DNA of 64,000 nucleotides from the NCBI GenBank assembly GCA_035444565.1, contig DAOMOX010000003.1, forward strand, positions 31,488 through 95,487, in the 5' to 3' direction. Below the pieces are notes generated by a model. That model worked only from the letters and a program-made list of their open reading frames with translations. It made no database searches and was not told the DNA's origin. This DNA comes from Candidatus Dojkabacteria bacterium. Its GTDB lineage: Bacteria; Patescibacteriota; Dojkabacteria; B142; OLB20. Positions within the stretch are counted from its first letter, which is position 1. Every line of letters begins with the position of its first letter. A program made the position numbers and the translations under genes. This document shows, piece after piece, positions 19,495 to 28,788 of this stretch.

Positions 19495-20979
19495 GTGGGA
19501 CTGAGATATGCATACCTAAAAATAGTCGTTAATAGAAATTATCGCATATTATTAATAATCGGGTTTGTCATCGGGTGTGTTCTTAATGAAGAGACTAAAG
19601 TAACTTACCTTACCGAAGCAATTGTTGTTTTAAGTATCATTAGTTTTATAATTGTTCCTAGATTTGGGGTGGTTTTGTTATTCATGCTTGTTGGATTTCT
19701 GCGAGTAGAATTAGCAAATCACATATCTGAAGATCATGTAGCGTTTCATTTAAATAATGAAGCAGAAATCAGAACTACAGTAATTTCATATCCTCAAATC
19801 AGAAACCAAGAGCAGATATTAATACTAAAACCTATCGAGTTGAACATTGATAAAACCCCGGTAGAGATAAGAGATGGTTATATGCAATTAAAGTTATCCA
19901 GGTTCATAAATATTGGAAAGGGCGATTTGTTGAATTTTTCTGCTTATCTTGAGGAACCAGAGAATTTTGACGGATTTGATTACAAGGCACATCTTAAGTC
20001 TCAGAATATATACGCTTTGGTAAAGAATCCAGAAGGTATGGAAATTTCGAAAAATCAATCACTTTTTGATTCAGTTATTTCCAAAATTAGGACTAAGATT
20101 ATACAAGACATAAATCAATCATTTCCTGATCCTCATGCAAAATTACTTGCAGGTATGTTAATTGGTACAAGAGAGCAATTCAGTTCAGAATTTGCTAATA
20201 ATCTATCGATTACCAGTACCAGTCATGTTGTTGCTGTTTCTGGATACAATATTTCTTTAGTCAGTTCATCAATACTGAGATTGTCGGGATTCATACACAG
20301 AAAACATCTGATTTTGCTATCGTTTGTGGGAATAAGTATTTTCCTTTTATTGGTAGGCTTAGACAACCTTCCGGCTTTTAGAGCTGGTCTAATGGGCTTC
20401 GTGATGTTAATAGCAATGATGATTGGTAGGAGAGGAGCGGGGGTTTTTACTCTTTTTTTAATAGCGGGTTTTATGCATCTACAAAACCCTTTTATCTACA
20501 ATTCTCTAAGTTTTCAACTATCGTTCACAGCGACTCTAGGCTTGATGCTATTATCTACAAATTTAAACTCATTATTATCACGAATATTCAAGAATAAGTT
20601 CAATATGGATGAGCTCGCAACTACACTTTCGGCGTTAATAGTTACTTTCCCGATAACTTTCTCCAACTTTGGAAAGATAACCGTATATGGTTTATTAGCA
20701 AACTTATTGATTGCCCCTTTGATAGTGTTTATTACGTTTTCGGGCATTCTTTTTATAGTTGTAAACAGTCTGTCTACTGGAATTGGGTATTTAATTAAGA
20801 TGTTTTTGTGGGGACTACTTGAAACAATGGTACGTATTGTAGACGTAATCGCTACATTTCCATACTCAGAACTTAACTTTAGTGAAAACCTAACACTGGT
20901 AAGTGTATTCGCAATAACAACTATTGTCGTTTTTGTATTTGAATTAAATTATAAAGAGTTTCTTAGTAAAAATGATTAA
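19495..20979 (+). CDS. comEC: ComEC/Rec2 DNA-uptake channel (DUF4131 plus Competence domains)
   Basis: Polytopic membrane protein with HVVAVSGYNISLV (compare the ComEC HLLAISGLHV motif). Confidence 0.75.
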   Translation: MGLRYAYLKIVVNRNYRILLIIGFVIGCVLNEETKVTYLTEAIVVLSIISFIIVPRFGVVLLFMLVGFLRVELANHISEDHVAFHLNNEAEIRTTVISYPQIRNQEQILILKPIELNIDKTPVEIRDGYMQLKLSRFINIGKGDLLNFSAYLEEPENFDGFDYKAHLKSQNIYALVKNPEGMEISKNQSLFDSVISKIRTKIIQDINQSFPDPHAKLLAGMLIGTREQFSSEFANNLSITSTSHVVAVSGYNISLVSSSILRLSGFIHRKHLILLSFVGISIFLLLVGLDNLPAFRAGLMGFVMLIAMMIGRRGAGVFTLFLIAGFMHLQNPFIYNSLSFQLSFTATLGLMLLSTNLNSLLSRIFKNKFNMDELATTLSALIVTFPITFSNFGKITVYGLLANLLIAPLIVFITFSGILFIVVNSLSTGIGYLIKMFLWGLLETMVRIVDVIATFPYSELNFSENLTLVSVFAITTIVVFVFELNYKEFLSKND

Positions 20980-21814
20980 AAATGTTTTAGTTGTTTTAGT
21001 CGTGTTCTGTCAGATAATTATTAACATAACTCAACATGGTGACGATGGTTTAATGTATTTGCACATGCTTGATGTGGGTCAGGGAGACGCATTTTTGTTA
21101 CGCACACCTGACAAGAAATACATTCTAGTGGATGGCGGACCTACTAGTGAATTGATTGATGTTATGTCAAAATATATGCCTTTTTGGCAGAATCAAATTG
21201 ACTTAGTTATTGCTACACATGGGGATTCCGATCATATTGGTGGATTAGTCGAGTTAAGCGAAAGATATGCTGTGAACCGTTTTATTTATAACGGAGAAAC
21301 TAAAAATACGCTTATTTACAAAGAGTTAATAAATAATATAACAGAGGACAATATTAATGTTACTATAGCCAAAAAAGGTCAGGAAATAATAGTTGGTTGT
21401 TGTACTAAAATAGATGTTTTATGGCCTGATTCTTCCGAAATAGAAGATAGTAATGATCAATCTGTCTCTATACTCCTTAAATATGGAAATTTTGAAGCAT
21501 ATTTAGCTGGAGATTTAGGTTATAAATACGAAGAAATAATAAGCAAGAGTTTGGTAGGAGATATAGAAGTAATGAAACTAAGTCACCATGGAAGTAGAAC
21601 GAGTACTTCAAGTAAGGTTCTCGATAGAATTAATCCAGAAATTGCTTTAATTTCTGCAGGTAGGGATAATAAATTTGGACATCCGCATCAAGAAGTAATA
21701 AATTTACTAGATAAAAATAAAATTATTCAGTTTCGCACAGATATGCATGGCACGGTGAGCGTTCGAAGTGACGGAGAAAATTATGATATCGAGACCGAGA
21801 ATGGTAACAAATAG
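20972..21814 (+). CDS. Metallo-beta-lactamase domain protein, the ComEC C-terminal nuclease domain as a separate ORF
   Basis: VGQGDAFLL...LVDGG, ATHGDSDHIGG, and LSHHGS motifs. The start overlaps the comEC stop by 8 nt, in another frame. Confidence 0.75.
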   Translation: MIKNVLVVLVVFCQIIINITQHGDDGLMYLHMLDVGQGDAFLLRTPDKKYILVDGGPTSELIDVMSKYMPFWQNQIDLVIATHGDSDHIGGLVELSERYAVNRFIYNGETKNTLIYKELINNITEDNINVTIAKKGQEIIVGCCTKIDVLWPDSSEIEDSNDQSVSILLKYGNFEAYLAGDLGYKYEEIISKSLVGDIEVMKLSHHGSRTSTSSKVLDRINPEIALISAGRDNKFGHPHQEVINLLDKNKIIQFRTDMHGTVSVRSDGENYDIETENGNK

Positions 21815-21976
21815 ATAACGCAGAGTTGGTGTTGTGGTCTGCAGGGTCTGGAAAAGTGCTATATTCTATTCGCACATATGTGGGTATTGTTTGTTTTCGC
21901 AATTAGAACTAATGGGTGGTAAAAGTTTGAAGCTGAGGTAAATTCTGATAGAATTAGCGTTATTAAAAATACTATT

Positions 21977-22609
21977 ATGTTTATTGTACTAGACGGAATT
22001 GATGGAGCAGGTAAAGGTCGTCAAAGATCTGAGCTTGTGTCAAAATTATCAAATAATAAGCAACAGATTCAAACAACAGATTTTCCAGACCACCAAGGTG
22101 AAATTTATAAAAATGTAATCCATCCAGCATTACACGAGGAGATTAGTTTAAGCCCACAAGCCTGGTTTTTGGCATTTGTCCTTGACCAACTAATGTGGAA
22201 GAGCAAAATTGATGAAACAATCGGTCAAAAAGATAAGCATTTTATCAGTGATGGATATTTTACAACTACATTGGCCTATCAATGCAAGTTATCTAACGTT
22301 ATGAATGTTGAGGAAGCACTTGAGCTTGCTGATAGGTTTGGAGTCCCTAAGCCAGACTTGGTGATTTTTATTGATGTCGATCCAATAGTCGCAATGAGTA
22401 GGAAAATGATTGAAGAGGGACATGATGAAGGATTAGATATTTTCGAGAGAAATATCACTAAACAACAGAAATTAAGACAGGCGTTCACTGATTTAGCGAA
22501 AGAAAATATCTGGACTGATTGGGAGATTGTAGATGGAAACCTCTCAATTGAAGAAGTTAAGGGTGCAATTATTAAAATCTTAAATAACAAAAAATTATTA
22601 AAAATATGA
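21977..22609 (+). CDS. Thymidylate-kinase-like P-loop kinase (divergent)
   Basis: FIVLDGIDGAGKG resembles the Tmk FIxxEGIDGAGKST motif, but the K is followed by G. The DRY/LID region is replaced by SDGY. It overlaps the next gene by 4 nt. Confidence 0.55.
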   Translation: MFIVLDGIDGAGKGRQRSELVSKLSNNKQQIQTTDFPDHQGEIYKNVIHPALHEEISLSPQAWFLAFVLDQLMWKSKIDETIGQKDKHFISDGYFTTTLAYQCKLSNVMNVEEALELADRFGVPKPDLVIFIDVDPIVAMSRKMIEEGHDEGLDIFERNITKQQKLRQAFTDLAKENIWTDWEIVDGNLSIEEVKGAIIKILNNKKLLKI

Positions 22610-23208
22610 AAAATTATCCAAATATAGAAAAAACATTTTTAATGATAAAGCCTGACGGAGTTAAAAGGGGATTGGTTGGAGATATTTTTTTTCGATTAGA
22701 ACGTGTTGGTTTGAAGCTAGTCTCAGCTAGGATGATTATGGCAACAGAAACACAAGCCAGAAAAAACTATCCAGGGACAAAAGATTGGTTAGTAAAAATG
22801 GGCGAAAAAACCATAAATAATTATAATTCTGATCTTAAGGCAGTCAAAGAGGATCTCGGTACTACTGATACACTTGAAATTGGAACCAATATTTACGAAG
22901 CACTTGTTAAATATCTTATGGAAGGGCCAGTAATTATCTCGGTGTGGGAAGGGAATCATGCGGTTAAAGTTGTCGAAAGGATTGTAGGAAAAACGGATCC
23001 TACAGTGGCGGACATTGGAACAATTCGAAGCGATTATGGATTTGATACTCCTCAGTTTGCAGTAAAATCGGGCAGGATTGTATTTAGAACGCTAATCCAT
23101 AGGTCCGACAGCTCTGAAGAAGCAAAGAGAGAGATAGAACATTGGTTTGGTAAGAATTATAAATATTTAGGAGACTATATACGTACAGATTATACAGACT
23201 CACTTTAA
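22606..23208 (+). CDS. ndk: Nucleoside-diphosphate-kinase-like protein, copy 1 (about 45-aa insertion relative to canonical NDK)
   Basis: TFLMIKPDGVKRGLVGDIFFRLERVGLKLV, GTIRSDYG, and the catalytic-His region LIHRSDSSEEAKREIEHWF. Confidence 0.7.
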   Translation: MKNYPNIEKTFLMIKPDGVKRGLVGDIFFRLERVGLKLVSARMIMATETQARKNYPGTKDWLVKMGEKTINNYNSDLKAVKEDLGTTDTLEIGTNIYEALVKYLMEGPVIISVWEGNHAVKVVERIVGKTDPTVADIGTIRSDYGFDTPQFAVKSGRIVFRTLIHRSDSSEEAKREIEHWFGKNYKYLGDYIRTDYTDSL

Positions 23209-23225
23209 TTGATTTATTCATAAAA

Positions 23226-23822
23226 ATGGAAAAGACACTAGTAATAATTAAACATGATGCAGTGAGTAGGGGATTAATGGGTACGATTATTTCGAGATTC
23301 GAAAGAGTAGGATTAAAAATGGTGGCATTCGAATTTATTCAAAGTACGCAGGACATGGGGCATGGGCACTATCCAACAACTGATGAATGGTTTCAAAAGG
23401 TTGGAGAGAGAACCTTAAACGATTATCTTGCAAAAGGTATCAATCCAAAAGATGAGTTAGGCACAGACAGTCCACTTGAAATTGGTAAACTTGTCAAACA
23501 ATGGAATGTGGAATACCTCACACATGGACCTGTCTTAGCTATCGTTTTTGAAGGCCCGGATGCAGTTACACTAGTTCGTAAGTTGGTAGGTAATACTATC
23601 CCATCAAAAGCTGATCCTGGGACGATTCGAGGTGATTTTGGAATGGATAGTATAGAAATGGCTAATAAGCAAAAACGACCTCTTTACAACTTAATTCACG
23701 CCAGTGGCGAGATATCAGAAGCAGAGGCTGAGATTTCTCTGTGGTTTGGTAATCAAGAGGTGTTTGATTACAAACTACATAGTAATTCCATGACTGGGGT
23801 ATATGGTAAACTAGGAAGTTAA
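23226..23822 (+). CDS. ndk: Nucleoside-diphosphate-kinase-like protein, copy 2
   Basis: LVIIKHDAVSRGLMGTIISRFERVGLKMV, GTIRGDFG, and NLIHASGEISEAEAEISLWF. It is a paralog of the preceding gene. Confidence 0.7.
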   Translation: MEKTLVIIKHDAVSRGLMGTIISRFERVGLKMVAFEFIQSTQDMGHGHYPTTDEWFQKVGERTLNDYLAKGINPKDELGTDSPLEIGKLVKQWNVEYLTHGPVLAIVFEGPDAVTLVRKLVGNTIPSKADPGTIRGDFGMDSIEMANKQKRPLYNLIHASGEISEAEAEISLWFGNQEVFDYKLHSNSMTGVYGKLGS

Positions 23823-24376
23823 TCCTCAACTATTTTTAAACATTCTTCCAGTAATAATGGAAATTTAGTGTATCCGGTTTCGGTGTTTAAATGTCCACCT
23901 TTTTCAATAATCATTTCCTCAACGTTCAATTTTTCTGATAGATACTTAAGTTCATTTTGAGGGACATATGGATCATCATTACCAAAAATAATAGATATAT
24001 TCTTCGTATTCTTGCGTATCATATTCATATCTATATGTTTTTCTTTTAGAAAATAACTATTCAGTTCCATTCCGTAATCTCTGGCAAATCCGGAAACGGA
24101 AACAAGTCCTAGGATGGCTTCTGGAGACTGTTCAATATAATCCATCGCCGTAACAGCCCCTAACGAGTGTGTGACAAATACAAGATTATTTGTGTTGATA
24201 TCTCTGAGTTTTTCTTTAAGGAATTCGAGCCATTCTGTTCTGTCGGGATGGTCAGGATTGGGCAGAGTAGGCATAATTACTTTTTGACCAGATTTCTCTA
24301 GCTCTGATTTAAGCCATGCTTGCCAGTGTTTCCCTGCGTGGCCTTGAATTCCGTGAATGATAAAGAATGTTTTCAT
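23819..24376 (-). CDS. Alpha/beta-fold serine hydrolase (YdeN/RBBP9-like)
   Basis: HSLGA nucleophile elbow (VFVTHSLGAV) in a 185-aa protein. Confidence 0.6.
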   Translation of the reverse strand: MKTFFIIHGIQGHAGKHWQAWLKSELEKSGQKVIMPTLPNPDHPDRTEWLEFLKEKLRDINTNNLVFVTHSLGAVTAMDYIEQSPEAILGLVSVSGFARDYGMELNSYFLKEKHIDMNMIRKNTKNISIIFGNDDPYVPQNELKYLSEKLNVEEMIIEKGGHLNTETGYTKFPLLLEECLKIVED

Positions 24377-24387
24377 AGTTATTAATT

Positions 24388-24460
24388 TGTTGCTGGAGGG
24401 ACTTGAACCCCCAACCTTATCCTTAGGACGGATCTGCTCTATCCATTGAGCTACAGCAAC
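24388..24460 (-). tRNA. tRNA-Arg (anticodon CCU)
   Basis: The reverse complement folds as acceptor GTTGCTG/CAGCAAC, D-arm GCTCAATGGATAGAGC, anticodon loop GTCCTAA, and T-arm GGGGGTTCAAGTCCCTC. Confidence 0.8.
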
Positions 24461-24625
24461 TACTAAATCAAGATTTCATAAATGAAGTGAAATGAAATCT
24501 TTGATTTTGTGTTGTCCCGCACAATCTAAGATTGATGCGGGACCTCATTTAAATAATAAATAATTAATTTCCTCATTTTCATGCATACCTCTTGGTGCTT
24601 ATCTAATTCGCTAATCCTGCTTTAA

Positions 24626-24784
24626 GGGACAAGTTCGGGTAAACTCACCTGCACTTCATTTGGTTCATTAACCCCTCGATTGATTTTATAGAGCAATGTG
24701 TAGGTCCCGTATAACTCGCTGTGCTCGTTTACGGGACAAGTTCGGGTAAACTCACCTGCACTTCGTTTGGTTCGTTAACCCCTC
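24626..24784. repeat. Two direct copies of a ~52-bp element (GGGACAAGTTCGGGTAAACTCACCTGCACTTC[A/G]TTTGGTTC[A/G]TTAACCCCTC), 107 bp apart
   Basis: Direct reading. The copies are at 24626-24677 and 24733-24784. A hairpin GTCCCGCACAATCTAAGATTGATGCGGGAC lies at 24516-24545. Confidence 0.8.
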
Positions 24785-24823
24785 ACATGATTATACCCCA
24801 CAAGATTATAAGCGTATAGGGCA

Positions 24824-26311
24824 TTAGAGGTTAAACGGAAGTGATGAAGTATTTAGTACAAGTTTAAATAGATTTTTGTTCAGTATATTTTCTTCTGAAG
24901 CGTCTTCAACCATAAGTGTGAGGCTAGATCCATCTTTCTGGAACTTATAATAGCCATTGTCGATAGTGGTATTATTCAAAATATCTATTATATTACTACC
25001 ATCATTCTCGCTAATTTGTATCTTTTCTAGAGGATAGTTATTTATAATCACAAGGTTTGAATTATTAATGTATTTAGGCTTTAAGTTTATATCAATCATT
25101 GACGGAGTAGTCTTAACAGACAAAGACAAGTCAATTAGTGATTTTTCAATTACGGTAAAGACGACTTGATTGTTGTTATTAAAGATAATACTTGTGCCAT
25201 CAAAGCTTATGTTGATAATTTCTCCAGTATCACTAATCTTAATAAATTGTTTTTTCTCCAGATGGTAATAGTAGTAGCTTGTATCACTTCTGATAATAAT
25301 CGAAGAACCATCTCTAGCTAATCTGAGGTCGTTTATATTATTTATGGGGAAATTCGAAGGCAACTGTAAAACACGAGCTACCTGATTCTGATATAAGCTG
25401 ATACTATTATTTATGGAAGAATATGCATAAAGTATTTCTCCATCTGTATCATAGATAGGTTTTGTCTCAGGTAAGTAACCTACGATTGTTTTTTCCTGAT
25501 TTACGATATTATATTCAATAATGATTTCATCATTCGATACTATAAGAGAGTTATTGTTGTTGAACCAGTTTACTTTAGTAGGATAGAAACCAATTTGTTC
25601 GTTTAAATTTATAATTTTTTCGGCTGTGTTTGACTTTGTGGGATCAAAAATTATGACAGTTTGAAGAGTAGGATTTACAATTAGCATCTTATTATTTGTT
25701 TGATCGATTTTTACTTCAATATCAGGATCGGTAAAATATGATAGTGAAGTATCTTCAAGCGCAATAATTTTTTCTGGATCAGAGTTTCTTCTAAAGAATA
25801 ATTCTTGTTCTTCAAGTCTAAGTCGCCATAGGCCTTGATCATTTGGTTCTACAAGGGAATCATTTACAAGATAATAAGCATAAGATCCATCTTCGCTGAA
25901 GAATAGTTTTGAGATGTTAGTTTGTGTTAATTGAGTAAGTTCTGGTTCGAGGGGAAATAACTTCACTTGAATAGTAGTAACGTATGAGGGGGAAATCTCA
26001 ATATCTTTTTCCCAACTATGAAATTTTGTGGATTCAATTCTAATGGTATGAATACCCGGAGTGATATTATTGATTAATCTTTCGTCTGATTTAATTTGTT
26101 TGTCATCAAGGTATACCAAATTTTCTTTATCTTCAGGTTGTATTTCTAGTCTTATACTACCAGTCTCGACTATACCTGTTCTGGTGATTTTCCCCCCTTG
26201 GGTGTAGATAATTGCTATAATAGCTGTACTAATGAATAGCGTAACTACTATAATTACCAATAAAGTATTGAGGAACTTTTTTGTTCTGATTCGTTTTTTT
26301 GATTTGCTCAC
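24824..26311 (-). CDS. Signal-anchored extracytoplasmic protein with a PEGA-like domain and a probable beta-rich (propeller-like) body
   Basis: N-terminal TM helix. GIHTIRIESTKFHSWEKDIEISPSYVTTIQVKL resembles PEGA. The rest is N/S/I-rich beta-strand periodicity. Confidence 0.5.
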   Translation of the reverse strand: MSKSKKRIRTKKFLNTLLVIIVVTLFISTAIIAIIYTQGGKITRTGIVETGSIRLEIQPEDKENLVYLDDKQIKSDERLINNITPGIHTIRIESTKFHSWEKDIEISPSYVTTIQVKLFPLEPELTQLTQTNISKLFFSEDGSYAYYLVNDSLVEPNDQGLWRLRLEEQELFFRRNSDPEKIIALEDTSLSYFTDPDIEVKIDQTNNKMLIVNPTLQTVIIFDPTKSNTAEKIINLNEQIGFYPTKVNWFNNNNSLIVSNDEIIIEYNIVNQEKTIVGYLPETKPIYDTDGEILYAYSSINNSISLYQNQVARVLQLPSNFPINNINDLRLARDGSSIIIRSDTSYYYYHLEKKQFIKISDTGEIINISFDGTSIIFNNNNQVVFTVIEKSLIDLSLSVKTTPSMIDINLKPKYINNSNLVIINNYPLEKIQISENDGSNIIDILNNTTIDNGYYKFQKDGSSLTLMVEDASEENILNKNLFKLVLNTSSLPFNL

Positions 26312-26375
26312 TTGAAATGTTTAAATTGATGAATACAAGTATAGCAAACTGTTAATTTGAATAAAATAAAATAAA

Positions 26376-27383
26376 ATGGCAGGAAAAAAAATAGCAATAG
26401 ATTTAGGTACAGCGAATTTTTTAGTAGCTGTAGAAGGCAAGGGCATAATTCTAAACGAGCCTACCGTTGTAGCTATTGATATGGACACCAAGAAAGTCCT
26501 TGCAGTAGGCACAAATGCAAAACAAATGTTAGGGAAAGTGCCAGGAAATATTATTGCTCGTAGACCACTTAAACAAGGAGTAATTGCAAGTTATAAGCTG
26601 ACTGAAGCGTTGATTTCTGCTATGCTTGCAAAAGCACTAGGTAGGACTAGGTTCTTTAAACCAGAGGTAATGATTAGTGTTCCTGCTGGCATCACGTCAG
26701 TGGAACAAAGAGCAGTTATAGAAGCTGCAGTTACAGCCGGGGCTGGTAAAGTTTATCTTGTTCCCGAACCAATTGCCGCTGCAATAGGAGCACAGTTGCC
26801 AGTGAGCTCCAGTGCAGGGAATATGATTGTTAATATGGGAGGAGGAACATCGGAAATTGCAATAATTTCAATGAATGGTATTGTCACTTACGAGTCCAAA
26901 AGAGTAGCAGGTGATGCGATTAATGATGCAATAATTAATTTCGTTCGAAAGAAATATTCACTGGCCATTGGTGAGCAAATGGCAGAGCAAATTAAAATTG
27001 ATATTGGAAGTGCTAAGATGATGGACAAACCATTGGAAAAACATGTTCGTGGTAGAGATGTAACAACTGGATTGCCACATTCAATTCATCTAACTTCAAA
27101 TGATTTCGTAGAGCCTATTAATCAAGTACTCAACCAAATTCTTGCATCGATAAAAAATGTCCTTGAGAAAACTCCTCCAGAGTTATCCTCCGATATTATA
27201 GATAGGGGAATAGTATTAAGCGGAGGAACTTCGATATTGAGAAATATTGATGAGCTTTTTACTAATGCAATTGGAGTTCCTTTTCATACCGTAGAAAACC
27301 CACAGGAATGCGTTATAAATGGTATTCTTGAGTCACTAGACCACATTGAGGTACTAAAAGCAGGATTGAGAAGTATTACCTGA
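26376..27383 (+). CDS. mreB: Rod-shape protein MreB (actin-like ATPase), paralog 1
   Basis: KIAIDLGTANFLVAV, NEPTVVAID, and GGGTSEIAIIS motifs. Confidence 0.85.
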   Translation: MAGKKIAIDLGTANFLVAVEGKGIILNEPTVVAIDMDTKKVLAVGTNAKQMLGKVPGNIIARRPLKQGVIASYKLTEALISAMLAKALGRTRFFKPEVMISVPAGITSVEQRAVIEAAVTAGAGKVYLVPEPIAAAIGAQLPVSSSAGNMIVNMGGGTSEIAIISMNGIVTYESKRVAGDAINDAIINFVRKKYSLAIGEQMAEQIKIDIGSAKMMDKPLEKHVRGRDVTTGLPHSIHLTSNDFVEPINQVLNQILASIKNVLEKTPPELSSDIIDRGIVLSGGTSILRNIDELFTNAIGVPFHTVENPQECVINGILESLDHIEVLKAGLRSIT

Positions 27384-28788
27384 TTTTTGATGGGTCGATT
27401 AAGAATTTGGTTAAAGATTTCCTACCTATAATTGCATTGTATGTAAGACCACTTCTGTCAAATATGGATACTTTTGTTTCGTATGTTGTGTCTTGAATTT
27501 TGATTTTAAGTATAATATTGACTCGGATACTCATCCCGTGACTAGATTTGACGAGATTCACCTCATAAACATCATCGTGTTTTTTAGTTAATTCCTTGTT
27601 TAATTTTCGCACAATTTTTAAACCTTCCTCATAGTCTACATTCTCAGGAATTATCCCACTGTCTATAATATCTAATACCTCTGTATATCCTAATTTCCTA
27701 GCAATTTCTTTGTCGATTGAAGTAGAGTCGGCACCTGTATCGACTTTTGCAATAGTAGCAGTAGTTTTATCGTCTTTTCCATAAAAAGTCACAGTTTCGT
27801 AAATACCAATAAGATCCTTTCCAGCTATGCTTTCAATACCTTCTTCAATTTCTCCTCCGAACATGTCTTTTCCAAGTCGTACACCTTTCTCGACATCTTT
27901 AACCTTCAAACCTGTGGCTTTTTTCAGTCTCCATCTTAGTCCATCATCGTTAGCTAATTGTATAGAAAGCCCAGGACGAGCATTTAGCTCAACAATAAGT
28001 GGTCCCAAATCTCTATCGAGAAGAAAATCTACAGCAGCAAATCTCAGGTTGGTAGCTTTTTGTGCTTCTACCGCATACTGCAACATTTTGCTCCAGTAGG
28101 GGATACGTAAACCGCTCAATCGAAGTTTAGTCCCAGGTACATATTCTATGTATCCACTTTTCCCGTGAATTGCGCTTGTTGTACGACCTTTTGCTAAGTC
28201 AATTCCAACTCCAATCGCCCCCATCGCCAAGTTAGCTTTTCCGGCAGATTCTTTTGTTGCTAGGCGGATATAGGACATAATTGGAATATTATTGAAAACG
28301 ATCACTCGGATATCAGGTGTTCCTTTGTAAGAATAGTATTTAAATTCATGATGAATTTTTACTCGTTCTTCAATCAGAATACTGTCTGGTTCTTGGTGAA
28401 TGGAGTAACGTCCATTTAATATATCGATGCAGTGATGATAAAATTCATCTGGGGAGACCTTTGATTTATCCGCACGAATCCAATTGTTCTGTTTATCCCT
28501 GTTATAAAAAATCTCAATTCCTCCACCTTCGAGACCTGTCACGGGCTTTAAAACGAAACTATTTGGTAAGGTACTAAAGTCAAGTTCCCTAAGTTCTTTT
28601 TGGTTATGGATTATGGTGATGAGTTTGGGTGTGGGTATTTCTGCCTTGTTTAACACAGTTTTGGTCAAAACCTTATCATCCGCAATCTTCTTGGATTTAG
28701 TAGTATTATACTCGCTAATGTACGAAAGATTTCTTTCGTTGATACCTAGCACTTGTTTTCTGTTTTTCCAATAATCGAGGTAGCTCAT
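27376..28788 (-). CDS. ATP-grasp amidoligase (RimK/alpha-L-glutamate-ligase-related) fused to a C-terminal retropepsin-like 'putative ATP-dependent zinc protease' domain
   Basis: ATP-grasp blocks (VLKPVTGLEGGGIEIF, IVELNARPG) and C-terminal VDTGADSTSI...IIGRKSL, the D-T-G-A aspartic-protease signature. It is translationally coupled (ATGA overlap) to the upstream 7TM gene. Confidence 0.65.
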   Translation of the reverse strand: MSYLDYWKNRKQVLGINERNLSYISEYNTTKSKKIADDKVLTKTVLNKAEIPTPKLITIIHNQKELRELDFSTLPNSFVLKPVTGLEGGGIEIFYNRDKQNNWIRADKSKVSPDEFYHHCIDILNGRYSIHQEPDSILIEERVKIHHEFKYYSYKGTPDIRVIVFNNIPIMSYIRLATKESAGKANLAMGAIGVGIDLAKGRTTSAIHGKSGYIEYVPGTKLRLSGLRIPYWSKMLQYAVEAQKATNLRFAAVDFLLDRDLGPLIVELNARPGLSIQLANDDGLRWRLKKATGLKVKDVEKGVRLGKDMFGGEIEEGIESIAGKDLIGIYETVTFYGKDDKTTATIAKVDTGADSTSIDKEIARKLGYTEVLDIIDSGIIPENVDYEEGLKIVRKLNKELTKKHDDVYEVNLVKSSHGMSIRVNIILKIKIQDTTYETKVSIFDRSGLTYNAIIGRKSLTKFLIDPSKIR

